Shown: positions 28,961 through 39,214 of the stretch, piece by piece | Position numbering within the stretch: the stretch's first letter is position 1 | Layout: each line of letters begins with the position of its first letter | Assembly: GCA_003279875.1 (NCBI GenBank) | Contig: QCGN01000005.1 | Location: 1,781-65,780, forward strand | From: Prochlorococcus sp. AG-388-D03 | Lineage (GTDB): Bacteria; Cyanobacteriota; Cyanobacteriia; PCC-6307; Cyanobiaceae | DNA length: 64,000 nucleotides | Direction of reading: 5' to 3' | Program-made: the position numbers and the translations under genes | Notes under the pieces: model-generated | What the model was told of the DNA's origin: nothing | The model's database searches: none | The model's input: the letters and a program-made list of their open reading frames with translations, nothing else

Positions 28961-29356
28961 TTAAGAACTAATTATAAAAAAATCTAATGGCAATGGTCCA
29001 AAAGTATTGGATTCTTCTGCATCTTCATCATATTGACAAGTTATTAAAATCCCTTCTCCCAGACCATTTTCAGATCTAACAAAAACATTCCCAGTTTTTT
29101 GGTTACCTTTTAAAAAAACACATCCATCAGCATGAAGCGAATCTAAATTACCAAATTTTATTGAGGAATATTTTTTAGAAATTGTTTGCAATGCTTCAAT
29201 AGCTTTGGTATGAGAAGGTGCCATTATTCCTATTGTTATCCAATCAGCATTATAAATATTAGTTTCTAGTTCTAATAATAGTTTTTTTTCTTGACTACTA
29301 CTTAAAAGAGGAGCAGTTCTAAGACTATCTAAATCAGCTAATTTATTTATTTCCAT
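28961..29356 (-). CDS. Conserved cyanobacterial protein (DUF1824-like)
   Basis: W.TIGIMA, VFLKGNQKTG, GILITCQ, TFGPLPLDFF motifs. Confidence 0.75.
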   Translation of the reverse strand: MEINKLADLDSLRTAPLLSSSQEKKLLLELETNIYNADWITIGIMAPSHTKAIEALQTISKKYSSIKFGNLDSLHADGCVFLKGNQKTGNVFVRSENGLGEGILITCQYDEDAEESNTFGPLPLDFFIISS

Positions 29357-29381
29357 TTAATTAGCATCTTAAAAATAATTA

Positions 29382-29714
29382 TTAACCAAAGGTTCTTCCA
29401 TTCCAAGCCCACAATGAAGCAGGCACATCCACGAAAGAAATATAAATTTTATCTATTGGAATTCCAATTTTTTCATAAATAAAATCAGATACTGGCCCTG
29501 CCATTTCTGAAGGATTTAAAGAACCTATTGACTTAATTTCTAAAAAGCAACAAGGACTTGCATCGTCAAAATACATTTCTAAATTATCATCTAATTTAGC
29601 CATAACAAATCTTTTTGATTTATTTGTTAAAGACGAAACTAATATTGAGATTTCTTCAAGTAATTTTTTCTTATCGTCTATTTTTGCTGAAGTAGAAACA
29701 TTAATATAAGGCAT
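29382..29714 (-). CDS. MIF-family tautomerase
   Basis: N-terminal catalytic Pro (MPYINV), KSIG, WAWNG.TF. Confidence 0.88.
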   Translation of the reverse strand: MPYINVSTSAKIDDKKKLLEEISILVSSLTNKSKRFVMAKLDDNLEMYFDDASPCCFLEIKSIGSLNPSEMAGPVSDFIYEKIGIPIDKIYISFVDVPASLWAWNGRTFG

Positions 29715-29716
29715 AT

Positions 29717-29887
29717 TTATGCAGCTAAATTATCTTTTTGAAAATCATTTTGATTATTAAAAGTTTTATTTTTTAAAACTTTTTTTGATGAAAGATATGC
29801 CATATCGTATTGACTTATTCCGTTTTTATAGGGATTGAAAAGGGCATTTTTAGATCTACTTTTTTTGCTCCTTTTGAATTCAATCAT
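29717..29887 (-). CDS. 56-aa hypothetical protein (not in the ORF track)
   Basis: MIEFKRSKKSRSKNALFNPY...QKDNLAA*; its stop lies 2 nt before the MIF start. Confidence 0.55.
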   Translation of the reverse strand: MIEFKRSKKSRSKNALFNPYKNGISQYDMAYLSSKKVLKNKTFNNQNDFQKDNLAA

Positions 29888-30039
29888 TTTAACAAAATTA
29901 TTAATTATTAATTTAACTTTTTTTGAATAGATGTCTAGCTTTTTTAAAAATCTTTAATTAATTAAATGCAAAATATATTCCAATATCACAATATGAATAT
30001 CTATTTATTAAATTTGAATTAAATCTCTTAGTACTCGTT

Positions 30040-30678
30040 TTGGAAGTTTTAAATAATTATCAAAGAAAAAAACTTGATGAAAGCAATGATGAAGAATTTT
30101 ATTCTGACCCAAAATTTGTTTATCATTTAGATTCAAATTTCAGAAACTACTTATCTTCTGTTTATAAAAATGAGATTAAGGATTGCTCCACTGTTCTTGA
30201 TTTAATGTCTAGTTGGGATAGTTATCTCCCTTCTGAAAAGATATATAAAAAAGTAATTGGTCATGGATTAAACAAAGACGAACTAGAAAGAAATAAAACT
30301 CTAAATTCTTTTTGGATTCAAAATTTTAACGTTAACCAAGATTTGCCATTAGAGCGCGAAAGTGTAGATTTTTGTTTAATGGTTGCGGCATGGCAATATT
30401 TACAGTATCCAGAAAAACTAACAAGAGAGATTGTAAGAATTCTGAGCAATGAAGGCAAAATTATAGTTTCTTTTTCAAATAGAGCCTTCTGGCATAAAGC
30501 ACCAAACATATGGACTTCATCAACAGAAGAAGAAAGACTTAAATACGTTAGAAAAGTATTAATTACAAATGGATTCAAGGAGCCTAGAATAATTAAAAAA
30601 TTTAATGGTCAAAATCTTAATCCCTTTGTTTTTTTTAAAAATGATCCTTTTTATTGCTTAATTGCAACTAAAGAGTAA
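30040..30678 (+). CDS. SAM-dependent methyltransferase (type 11)
   Basis: FY..P.FV.H.D, VLDLMSSW, GHGLN, QYLQ.PE, FSNR motifs. Confidence 0.88.
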   Translation: MEVLNNYQRKKLDESNDEEFYSDPKFVYHLDSNFRNYLSSVYKNEIKDCSTVLDLMSSWDSYLPSEKIYKKVIGHGLNKDELERNKTLNSFWIQNFNVNQDLPLERESVDFCLMVAAWQYLQYPEKLTREIVRILSNEGKIIVSFSNRAFWHKAPNIWTSSTEEERLKYVRKVLITNGFKEPRIIKKFNGQNLNPFVFFKNDPFYCLIATKE

Positions 30679-30775
30679 CTAAAAGTTTCTTATCTAAGAC
30701 TAATTCTGGTTAATAATTGAATTCATAGCCTAACTTTTAAATAATGCTTATTATTGGGTAGTTAAAAAAAATTCA

Positions 30776-31021
30776 ATGGGATCTAAAAGAGAAAAATATC
30801 CTGAAAAATGTCCCTGGGACCTTGGGCCTAACCAACATTTAGCAAAAGAAGAAAACTGGACGTTAAGACTAGGCGAGGCAAATGTATGTTTCAGCAAAAA
30901 CAAACTAGATAAAAACTACTTCCATGTAATTAGCAATGAGAATGAAGAGCAAATTCTCGCTTTCAGAGCTAGGCTTCTTTATCAAAAATTACTTGATAAA
31001 GGATTTAAACTTGTAGAGTAA
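30776..31021 (+). CDS. Hypothetical protein
   Basis: 81 aa ORF filling the intergenic space. Confidence 0.6.
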   Translation: MGSKREKYPEKCPWDLGPNQHLAKEENWTLRLGEANVCFSKNKLDKNYFHVISNENEEQILAFRARLLYQKLLDKGFKLVE

Positions 31022-31030
31022 AACTAATAA

Positions 31031-31681
31031 TTAAGAGAGTAAGCTAAGATCCTTAAAAATAAATTTTTGTATTTCTTCTTCATTATTTTTATTTAAGTAT
31101 CTTATAAATCTTGAATTAAGTAACCAAACGTCTTTAGAACCAATATTTATAAATCTATCCTCATATTCCAACTTCAAAGTTTTGGGTTTAAAAGTAATAG
31201 GATCAATTTGTTGACTTGTATATTTTTTACTAAGGAATCGGCTCCCAGTATTGAAAAATTCTTGAACAAAAATTTCTATTATAATCCCATGAATTTTTCT
31301 ATAAACCATATTTATACAATCATTTTTGATTCTATATTTGTCCCCCTCATTTTTACCAGAAACTATCATTTCAATTCCACTCTTTGAATCTTTAATTAAA
31401 TTAAAACTATTTGTAGAGTGAATTTCATTGAATTCTCTTTTTACCCTATGTATAGAAACTTCGAATAATTGCGAGGAAATACTTTTGACGATATCCTGAT
31501 CATCAATATTAAGAATTTCAGGTTTGAAATTTTTCCCTAAAACGAACTCACCTTCATATCTCTCATTATTTACTGAAAAAATGCAGTTACCTTCATATCC
31601 ACTAAATTCATTAGTCCAGGTATATCTTTTTTCATAAGCTTTACGAAAAAGTTCTTTGCAGTTTATTTCTGTCAAATACAT
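31031..31681 (-). CDS. DUF3386 family protein
   Basis: LFR.AYE.RYTW...F.G, QL.EV.IHRV.R.F motifs. Confidence 0.8.
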   Translation of the reverse strand: MYLTEINCKELFRKAYEKRYTWTNEFSGYEGNCIFSVNNERYEGEFVLGKNFKPEILNIDDQDIVKSISSQLFEVSIHRVKREFNEIHSTNSFNLIKDSKSGIEMIVSGKNEGDKYRIKNDCINMVYRKIHGIIIEIFVQEFFNTGSRFLSKKYTSQQIDPITFKPKTLKLEYEDRFINIGSKDVWLLNSRFIRYLNKNNEEEIQKFIFKDLSLLS

Positions 31682-31714
31682 AATTTATTAAAAAGTTTAC
31701 CTATAATTTTACAA

Positions 31715-31751
31715 AAAAAAACCTTTCTAAATAATATAGAAAGGTTTTTTT
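31715..31751 (-). terminator. Intrinsic terminator of pcb
   Basis: AAAAAAACCTTTCTA-loop-TAGAAAGGTTTTTTT. Confidence 0.8.
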
Positions 31752-31762
31752 AGTGAATTAAA

Positions 31763-32821
31763 CTAGTTTTGTGTAATTTTTGTATTTTCTATATTGTCAA
31801 ATGCTTGACCAATTTTCTTAAAATCAAATCCCATCGCTCTTAGTGCATGCCATAAATGACCTTGTAAGAAAAAGAATCCCAAATAGAAATGAGTATTTGC
31901 AAGCCATGCTCTTGAACTATATTCCCCAGAACCTAAATCAACAGAGTCAGTAAAATAAGGAGCAAACTCGAATTGAAGTTTTAAAGGTTCACCATAAAGA
32001 TCAACTGGATAAATAGTAGTATTTGAAGCACACCAGAATGCGGCTACAAAAGCCATATAAGAAACACCAACTACTGAGTAAGAAAGAATCGCCTCAGCAC
32101 CTAGTAATCCTTTACCCTTGAATTCTGTATATTCTCCAAATTGTTTTGTACAAATATGGAAAACACCACCAATAATTTCTAGGAAGGCTAGGAAAGCATG
32201 ACCACCCATAATATCCTCTAAACTATCAATTTTCAGGAAATCAAATTGATGATTCCAAACAGCAGCAATATCTAAATTGTAAATAACTTGTCTTGTGGAA
32301 CCTATAGCAGGATCATAAATACCATGTATACGAGCCCATTCAACAAACATGATTGCTCCAAGACCTAAGAAGATTAGATGATGACCAAGTATAAATGTCA
32401 ATTTATCTGGATCATCCCACTCGAAATCAAATTTTTGTGGCTTACTATTTTCTGGATAATCTCCAAGATCACCTGCAAATTTGTTGGAATGTAATAATCC
32501 ACCAGCTCCTAATACCGCTGAAAAGATTAGATGTAATGTGCAAATTACAACAATACCGTACGGTTCTGTAATAACTCCATTTTCAATCCCTCCAATACCG
32601 ATACCCGCAAGGTGAGGTAAAACAATTGCTTTCTGAGCACCCATTGGAATACTGGCGTCGTAACGAGCTAATTCAAATAATCCAAAAGCTCCTGCCCAGA
32701 ACATCATCAATCCTGCATGAGCAGCATGAGCAGCTATGAATTTACCTGAACGGCCAACAACACCAGAATTTCCTGCATACCAGTCATAGGTAACATCAGA
32801 TTTTCCGTAGTTTTGTAACAC
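31763..32821 (-). CDS. pcb: Chlorophyll a/b-binding antenna protein Pcb (IsiA-like, isiB-linked copy)
   Basis: YDWYAGN, SGKFIAAHAAHAGL, GHLWHALRAMGFDF; lacks the large CP43 loop E. Confidence 0.95.
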   Translation of the reverse strand: MLQNYGKSDVTYDWYAGNSGVVGRSGKFIAAHAAHAGLMMFWAGAFGLFELARYDASIPMGAQKAIVLPHLAGIGIGGIENGVITEPYGIVVICTLHLIFSAVLGAGGLLHSNKFAGDLGDYPENSKPQKFDFEWDDPDKLTFILGHHLIFLGLGAIMFVEWARIHGIYDPAIGSTRQVIYNLDIAAVWNHQFDFLKIDSLEDIMGGHAFLAFLEIIGGVFHICTKQFGEYTEFKGKGLLGAEAILSYSVVGVSYMAFVAAFWCASNTTIYPVDLYGEPLKLQFEFAPYFTDSVDLGSGEYSSRAWLANTHFYLGFFFLQGHLWHALRAMGFDFKKIGQAFDNIENTKITQN

Positions 32822-32964
32822 TTGATTTAAATAAACAGCAAATTGAGCTTATTGCTTATTCGAGTGATTTTTACAAGATCTTTACAGGTTTTAAATACTT
32901 ATGTAAAAAAAACATACTTCGGAAGAACAAATGTTACAGAGCTACATCAAATATCTTTAAAGAT

Positions 32965-33489
32965 TTACGCCAATGAAGGTATTTCGCCTCGTAATTGAGA
33001 GGCCCATGTTTCTAGGCGAGAATCAGTTAAATCAGATTCACTATCTTCATCAAGTGGTAACCCACAAAAACTTTCACCTATTACACTTTTTGATTCATCA
33101 AATGTATATGAAGACTTATCTACATAGCCAACCATATCGGCTCCTGCTTTTGTGAAATAACTATGTAATTCTTCCATTGCATCGCAATAGTTTTCTGTAT
33201 AGGTAGATGAATCTCCTAAACCAAAAATAGCAACCTTTTTCCCTGACAAACTTAGCTCACCAATATCCTCTAATATAGAGTCCCAAGCAGTTCCTGATCT
33301 CTCCTCATCTGCTCCGGTATTCCAAGTAGGAATACCACAAATAATTCCATCAAGACCTTCAAACTCAGATAAATCATCAACGTCGGAGACATCTTTAGGA
33401 GATTCTGCTGAAGAAATAAAGTTGTGAAGACGATCTGCCACGTCTTCAGTTTTTCCAGTTGTAGTTGCGTAATAAATTCCTACAGTCAT
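32965..33489 (-). CDS. isiB: Flavodoxin
   Basis: YATTTGKTE, PTWNTG, FGLGD, F.GLPLDED motifs. Confidence 0.96.
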   Translation of the reverse strand: MTVGIYYATTTGKTEDVADRLHNFISSAESPKDVSDVDDLSEFEGLDGIICGIPTWNTGADEERSGTAWDSILEDIGELSLSGKKVAIFGLGDSSTYTENYCDAMEELHSYFTKAGADMVGYVDKSSYTFDESKSVIGESFCGLPLDEDSESDLTDSRLETWASQLRGEIPSLA

Positions 33490-33629
33490 AACATCAAATT
33501 GTTTACCTTAAAATAATAAAATTAAAATAAGATAAATAAATTTCTATAAAAACTTTTTCATGTAAATTTTTATACAAATTAACGTAATAAAAGCTTTTAC
33601 TAGGGATTTGATTTCATAAGAACCTAATC

Positions 33630-34364
33630 ATGCTAACTAATAATCAAAAAAATAATCTTGATAAAATAATAAAAGATTTTAATTTTTCGGGTTCAAAAAA
33701 ATACAAATTAATTGTTTTATTTGGTTTGTTGGGAGATTTTGATAGTTTTGAATACGCAATAAATTTAAACAAATTTATAAATAATCATCACAATAAAAAT
33801 ATTGATATTTTTGCAATCGCAATTGGTAATGAAATTGGTAAATATAAATTTTGTAAATTTACAGGATTTCCAAATAAAAATTTAGAAGTTGTTAATAATA
33901 ATAAAATACACCAAGAGCTTAAGGCCTCAAAAGGGATTGATATAGGTTTAGGAGGGTGGATCAATATGTTGATAATGTTATCAGGAATAAATTCATTAAA
34001 AACCATAAGGGAGGTTATTAGAGGCTATACAGGTGATAGAAATTCAAAACAAATTTTTTGTGATGAAGATGATATAAACTTGTTTAATTTAATTAAATTT
34101 TCAGGTATTTTATTCAAAAAATCATGTGGAGATGGTTATTTAAGACCTTTTGAATTAGCTACATATAGATTAAAAAACATGTTTGAAATTCTTCAAAACT
34201 GGAATGACTATATTCTTGAAAATAAGTATCTACCTCAAAGAGGGGCTACATTTCTTTTAAATGATAAGGATCAAATTATTTACAAATATTTTTCTAATGA
34301 TGTGCTCGGCTATTCTTCTAAAATGGAAAATCCTTTATTTTTTTTATCTGAGAAATGTAAATAA
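33630..34364 (+). CDS. AhpC/TSA-like (peroxiredoxin-like) family protein
   Basis: LGDFDSFEYA, T..EV.RGY.GD, RPFELAT.RL, QRGATFL motifs. Confidence 0.75.
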   Translation: MLTNNQKNNLDKIIKDFNFSGSKKYKLIVLFGLLGDFDSFEYAINLNKFINNHHNKNIDIFAIAIGNEIGKYKFCKFTGFPNKNLEVVNNNKIHQELKASKGIDIGLGGWINMLIMLSGINSLKTIREVIRGYTGDRNSKQIFCDEDDINLFNLIKFSGILFKKSCGDGYLRPFELATYRLKNMFEILQNWNDYILENKYLPQRGATFLLNDKDQIIYKYFSNDVLGYSSKMENPLFFLSEKCK

Positions 34365-34633
34365 TGTATTCTACGAATATTGAGTTTTTCGGATATTTTG
34401 CAGCAATTTTAACCACAGCTGCATTTTTACCTCAACTAATTAAGACATTAAAGACCAAAAAAGCTGATGATGTTTCATTAATAACATTAATAATGTTTAT
34501 TTGTGGAGTAGGGTCTTGGATAATTTACGGATACGCAATATCTTCATTTCCTATTCTCATAGCAAACATAATTACATTAATGTTAAATACATTTATCCTA
34601 ATTTCAAAAATTTATTATGCAAGAAAATATTAG
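34364..34633 (+). CDS. SemiSWEET/PQ-loop transporter
   Basis: AFLPQLIKT, W..YG, P...AN; 3 TMs. Confidence 0.88.
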   Translation: MYSTNIEFFGYFAAILTTAAFLPQLIKTLKTKKADDVSLITLIMFICGVGSWIIYGYAISSFPILIANIITLMLNTFILISKIYYARKY

Positions 34634-34720
34634 TTAGAGATAGTTAGTTAATCTAAAGGTATCAATTTTCTAGAAAAATTTTTGAATAATGATTAATATA
34701 AGTCAATTATTAAATTAGTT

Positions 34721-34945
34721 TTGAAAACTTCAAAATGCTGGGTTTGGTTTAAAGGAAATCTCAATGAAGGGGGATACTGGAAAGAGGGTTTTAGTTGTAC
34801 TTTTGATGAAAAGCCTGGAATATTAATAGAGAGCCCATCATATGTAACTTGTAGAGTACCAAACTGGCGTGTTCTTACTAAAGAACCCGAGGATTTAAAA
34901 AGAACTCCCTTGATACCGGAAAATGCAGTGTGGAAAATTATTTAA
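34721..34945 (+). CDS. Conserved hypothetical protein
   Basis: CWVWF.G....G.W..GF...CRVP.WRV; 74 aa. Confidence 0.7.
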   Translation: MKTSKCWVWFKGNLNEGGYWKEGFSCTFDEKPGILIESPSYVTCRVPNWRVLTKEPEDLKRTPLIPENAVWKII

Positions 34946-35933
34946 ATTAAATTTCCCAAAAAAAAGTAAATATCTGTACTACAAAAAAGGTAGGATTATT
35001 TTATTAAAAAAAATTAATACTATTTACGCTCTTTTTATAAATATTATTCCTTTCTTAATTTTTGGTTTTTTTATTGGAAAAAGAAAACCAAAACTTTCTG
35101 AATCTATTGCTATAAAACTTATTAAGTATGGAATTCCACTTAGTGTAATGGGCCTTTTATTAAAAGAAGGAATTGATATTGATTTAATTAAAACTGCTTT
35201 AATTGCTTTTTTCTCAATTGGATTTTTGATATTAATAATAAATTATTTACCCTTTTTTAAAACAAGATTACCTAATTACTCACTACAGTTAGCTGGCTTA
35301 ATTGGAAATACTTCATTTCTTGGAATCCCCATTGCTATAGCCCTTCTTCCTTCAAGTACAATTAATTTAACAATAGGTTTTGATTTAGGCACAACTCTGT
35401 TTGCTTGGATCTTTGGACCTTTTTTTCTTCAAAAAAAAGGAGACTCAAAAACTGACCATTATTTTGTAGAACTTTTAAAAGCTATTCTAAATAGCCCCGC
35501 CTCAAGAGGAATTATAGGTGTTCTCTTTGCATATCTTTTTGGGTTGGAAAGTGTTTTGGGAGATTATCTGTGGATCCCCGCAAGAATAGTAATAGTTTTA
35601 GCAATTGTTGTTGTTGGGACGAGACTTGGGATAATAACAAATAGCAAAACTAGATTATTTAATTTAAAAAAAGGGATTAGATATTCAATAATATTGAAAT
35701 TATTTATTTTGCCCATAATTATATTTTTAGTGAGCCAAGCGTTAAATTTTGATTTTAATGAGACATCAGCTGTGGTTCTACAGGCTGGGACACCATCCGC
35801 AGTCTCAACAATCTTGATGGCTGAGGCATATAAAACTAATCAAAAAATTGCAGCTAAAATTCTTTTTACAACAACTTTAATTTCATTAATTACAATACCT
35901 ATTTTGGCATTTTTGCTTAATTTTGCTTATTAA
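34923..35933 (+). CDS. AEC (auxin efflux carrier) family transporter; true start probably ~35010
   Basis: GNTSFLGIP, KL...P, P.A.S...AE motifs. Confidence 0.85.
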   Translation: MQCGKLFKLNFPKKSKYLYYKKGRIILLKKINTIYALFINIIPFLIFGFFIGKRKPKLSESIAIKLIKYGIPLSVMGLLLKEGIDIDLIKTALIAFFSIGFLILIINYLPFFKTRLPNYSLQLAGLIGNTSFLGIPIAIALLPSSTINLTIGFDLGTTLFAWIFGPFFLQKKGDSKTDHYFVELLKAILNSPASRGIIGVLFAYLFGLESVLGDYLWIPARIVIVLAIVVVGTRLGIITNSKTRLFNLKKGIRYSIILKLFILPIIIFLVSQALNFDFNETSAVVLQAGTPSAVSTILMAEAYKTNQKIAAKILFTTTLISLITIPILAFLLNFAY

Positions 35934-36040
35934 ATCTATAATGGTTTTTCAAAAAGATAGGTAGTTATACTTTAATACATGTTTAAAGAATATTGTAAAC
36001 AATATGTCCCGATAACTACATAATGTCTTAAGATTTAAGT

Positions 36041-36292
36041 ATGAAGTCAGTAAACCCTAAAAATGAATATATCCCTTTAGATATTAAAGTCTCTGTAAGG
36101 AGAGATACTTTGAGGCTTATTTCAGAAATGGCAAGAGATATGGGGATTAGTATTAATGAGGTGTTTAGTTTTCTAGCAGAGGACTCTGTTATTGATCTAC
36201 AGTTACTAGAAAATTTGGATGATGTAGAAATCCCTAATAAATGTAGTTTGGATGATCTCAATAATGAAATGCTTAAAAAAAAGCTTTGTTAA
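36041..36292 (+). CDS. Small hypothetical protein, ribbon-helix-helix-like
   Basis: IKVSVRRDTLRLISEMARDMGISINEV pattern. Confidence 0.6.
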   Translation: MKSVNPKNEYIPLDIKVSVRRDTLRLISEMARDMGISINEVFSFLAEDSVIDLQLLENLDDVEIPNKCSLDDLNNEMLKKKLC

Positions 36293-38094
36293 AATTTTTC
36301 AACTTTTTTACTTTTCCAATTAGCTTCAAAACCTTTATTTACTAAATGAGTTGCTTGAGAATTTAAATCACTTTTTTTGATCCTCCATAAATTATAAATT
36401 CCATAGACACCTAATTTTTGATGGTTAATATTTGACCAATGCTTCTCTGTCGATGAATATTTATCTATGACGACCAAAAAGGATTCATTATCGTAGTTAG
36501 GTTTATCGCGAAAATTAGTCCTCCTGTCAAAGTTAAATCTTTCGAATAAATTAACCACACCCTCTTCTGCGCTAGATTCATAAAAAACAATCTGCTTGGT
36601 ATAAAAATGCAATGATGGTTTTCTAATTCCAATCATTGCTAGAGTTTCCCCCCCTTTGCGAGAATTTAAAATTTGCTTAGAGATATTGCGTAAAGGTAAT
36701 TGCCTTAAGCTATCTCCTAATTTTCTTATTGGTGGCATCAATAAGCCTTGTCCCAATAACAGTAATATTTGAAGATAAAGAAAAATGTTTTGCGATCTAA
36801 AGATAAACAAAACTAATCCAATAAAAGCAAAAGCAAAACTAAACAACCGTGCTTTAAAAATTATTCCAGAACTTATTAAATTTGAAGCAAGATTTGGCAT
36901 CTCAGGATCATTTATTGAATTCAACCAAATATCTGATAAAAAGAACGCAATTGATAAGCCAAGCATTATTGAAAGGTTAATAATCCACAAATACGAAAAG
37001 ACTTTTTTTTGATATTTGAGTTTCGAAAAACTATTACTTATTAGAATTGCTGCCGCTGGAGTTGCAGGGAGCCAGTAGCTTGGAAGTTTTGTCGCAGAAA
37101 TACTAAAAAAAACAAAAACCGAACCTAACCAACATAAAGAATAAATAAATAAACTTTCTGAGGGACTACATCCTTTTTTAAAACTAGTTATGAAGTCTTT
37201 ACTAGCCTCAAATATTCCATGAAACAAAAACGGAGTAAATGGTAATGATCCTATGACCATTATGTAGAAGAAAAACCATATAGGTTCCGAATGATTATTA
37301 ACTACTGATGTATACCTCTGAAAGTTATGATAACCAAAAAAACTATCCCAAAACGGCTTTCCTTCTTTTATTAACTCTAAAATATACCAAGGTAAGCTAA
37401 TTGAAGATGTGACAAACAAGCCTCTTTTAAGTTCTAGTTTTCCAAGCAAATTCTTCCAATTTTTTTGACTGAACAAAAAAGATGAAAGAGTCAAAACTGC
37501 AAGGACAAAAGCTACTGGTCCTTTAGTTAAAATGGCAAGCCCCAAAAAAACCCATGGGGTAATAGATTTATCTCTTTTATAAGAAGCCATCTTTCTCCAA
37601 AACATAAGAAGACTTATGCCTAACGTTCCGCATAAAAGTGCATCACTTACAGCAGTTCTGCTCCACACAATAATTAATGGGGACAAAGCAAAACCCAATG
37701 ATGCCACGATAGACGTGACTAATTTTCCTCCTCCTTTTTGAGGCCAACAATAAATTGTATCTCCAATGAATATCATCAAAAATAATGAAGCCAAAGCTGA
37801 CGGAAGTCTTGCTGAAATTGTCCCAAGGCTATCCCATGCTTCGTTATAAGGCAGTGAATAGAAAAAGCCCATTAACCAATATATAAGCGGGGGTTTATCA
37901 AATCGAAAAATTCCATTTACTTTTGGAGTTAACCAATCTCCGGATTCACTCATTGCTCTCCCGGCAGCAGCAAATAGAGGAGGAGTTTCATCTACTAAAC
38001 CAGTAGACCCTAAACCTAAAAGAAAAATTAATATTCCAAAGATCAAAATCACTAAAAAAGTAAGCAACCTGTTTTTAGATTTTAAAAGTATCAT
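36289..38094 (-). CDS. ArnT/PMT-family (GT-C) glycosyltransferase
   Basis: DET, FDKPPL.YW, ARLPS, TKGP, TKLPSY motifs. Confidence 0.9.
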   Translation of the reverse strand: MILLKSKNRLLTFLVILIFGILIFLLGLGSTGLVDETPPLFAAAGRAMSESGDWLTPKVNGIFRFDKPPLIYWLMGFFYSLPYNEAWDSLGTISARLPSALASLFLMIFIGDTIYCWPQKGGGKLVTSIVASLGFALSPLIIVWSRTAVSDALLCGTLGISLLMFWRKMASYKRDKSITPWVFLGLAILTKGPVAFVLAVLTLSSFLFSQKNWKNLLGKLELKRGLFVTSSISLPWYILELIKEGKPFWDSFFGYHNFQRYTSVVNNHSEPIWFFFYIMVIGSLPFTPFLFHGIFEASKDFITSFKKGCSPSESLFIYSLCWLGSVFVFFSISATKLPSYWLPATPAAAILISNSFSKLKYQKKVFSYLWIINLSIMLGLSIAFFLSDIWLNSINDPEMPNLASNLISSGIIFKARLFSFAFAFIGLVLFIFRSQNIFLYLQILLLLGQGLLMPPIRKLGDSLRQLPLRNISKQILNSRKGGETLAMIGIRKPSLHFYTKQIVFYESSAEEGVVNLFERFNFDRRTNFRDKPNYDNESFLVVIDKYSSTEKHWSNINHQKLGVYGIYNLWRIKKSDLNSQATHLVNKGFEANWKSKKVEKF

Positions 38095-39186
38095 TTAGAG
38101 TAAATTTTGGGATTGATTTTCCTTTATGACCGTATTCAGCCAACTCTCAACTTTACTAGCAAATATATTTGAAGAAGCATTATTCTCTACCCATTCTCTA
38201 CAACTCTTTCGATCAATTTTATTAATAACCTTTACGTAACTTAGGAGGCTTTCTTTATCATCAGGTTTAGTAAGGTAACCCGTTTTGCCATGTTCAATAA
38301 TTTCTCCCGGTCCTCCCCTTTTATATGCCACAACAGGTACGCCACATGCCAAGGCTTCAACTACTACATTTCCGTAAGCCTCATTCCACTTGGGTGTATT
38401 TAGTAAAGCTCTACAAGTACCAAGTTCTTTTTGTAACTTATCTGTTTCTAAAAAACCCTTCCATTCTAATACCCCAGGAGAAAACATTTTTTCTATTTTC
38501 AATGCATATGACTCATCTTGAACAATGCCCCAAACATTAAGTTTTTCACCCAGTGCATTAGCTACATATGCTGCATCCTCTAAACCCTTTTCAGGTGCTA
38601 CTCTTCCTACCCAACCTAGTGGGCCATTCTTAGAATTTTGAAAAATATAATTTCTTAATTTAAATCCATTTCCAATAATAATTGGGTTTTCAATAAATGA
38701 ATAATCGGAAGCTTGTATCTTTGAATGAAAAGCAAAATTATTAGGATATTTGGAGTAAACATTTGAAATTAAATTATTTATCACAAAACTTTCAGAACCC
38801 ATGCTAATGATATGCGCAATTGGAATATTTATATTGAGAGTCATCCAAATCGGAAGCCAATCGTAAGAAAGATTCAAAATTATATCAGCTTTTTTCCCAA
38901 TAGATATTGCCTTCTCAATCATTCTAGGCAAAAGTGAATTATCAGAAATACTTACCAAAGAATAATAATCCTGATGTTGCCAACTTTTTTGCTCTTTTCC
39001 TTCTACAAAATGTAGTTTTACTTTTTTACTAGCTTCTAACAATTTAGAGTTTTTTGGAGCCACAACATCTAATGTGTGACCTTTAGCCACCAAACCAGTC
39101 ACTAAAGAATTTAGTGTAATTTCAACCCCACCTCCTTTCCCACTTCCTAGGTAACCAATAGGGGTACTGATTAATACTATATGCAT
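38095..39186 (-). CDS. GT4 glycosyltransferase
   Basis: GGGVE, GRVAPEKG, EAYGNVVVEALACG motifs. Confidence 0.9.
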   Translation of the reverse strand: MHIVLISTPIGYLGSGKGGGVEITLNSLVTGLVAKGHTLDVVAPKNSKLLEASKKVKLHFVEGKEQKSWQHQDYYSLVSISDNSLLPRMIEKAISIGKKADIILNLSYDWLPIWMTLNINIPIAHIISMGSESFVINNLISNVYSKYPNNFAFHSKIQASDYSFIENPIIIGNGFKLRNYIFQNSKNGPLGWVGRVAPEKGLEDAAYVANALGEKLNVWGIVQDESYALKIEKMFSPGVLEWKGFLETDKLQKELGTCRALLNTPKWNEAYGNVVVEALACGVPVVAYKRGGPGEIIEHGKTGYLTKPDDKESLLSYVKVINKIDRKSCREWVENNASSNIFASKVESWLNTVIKENQSQNLL

Positions 39187-39214
39187 TCTTAAAACTATTT
39201 TCCAACATTACTTA

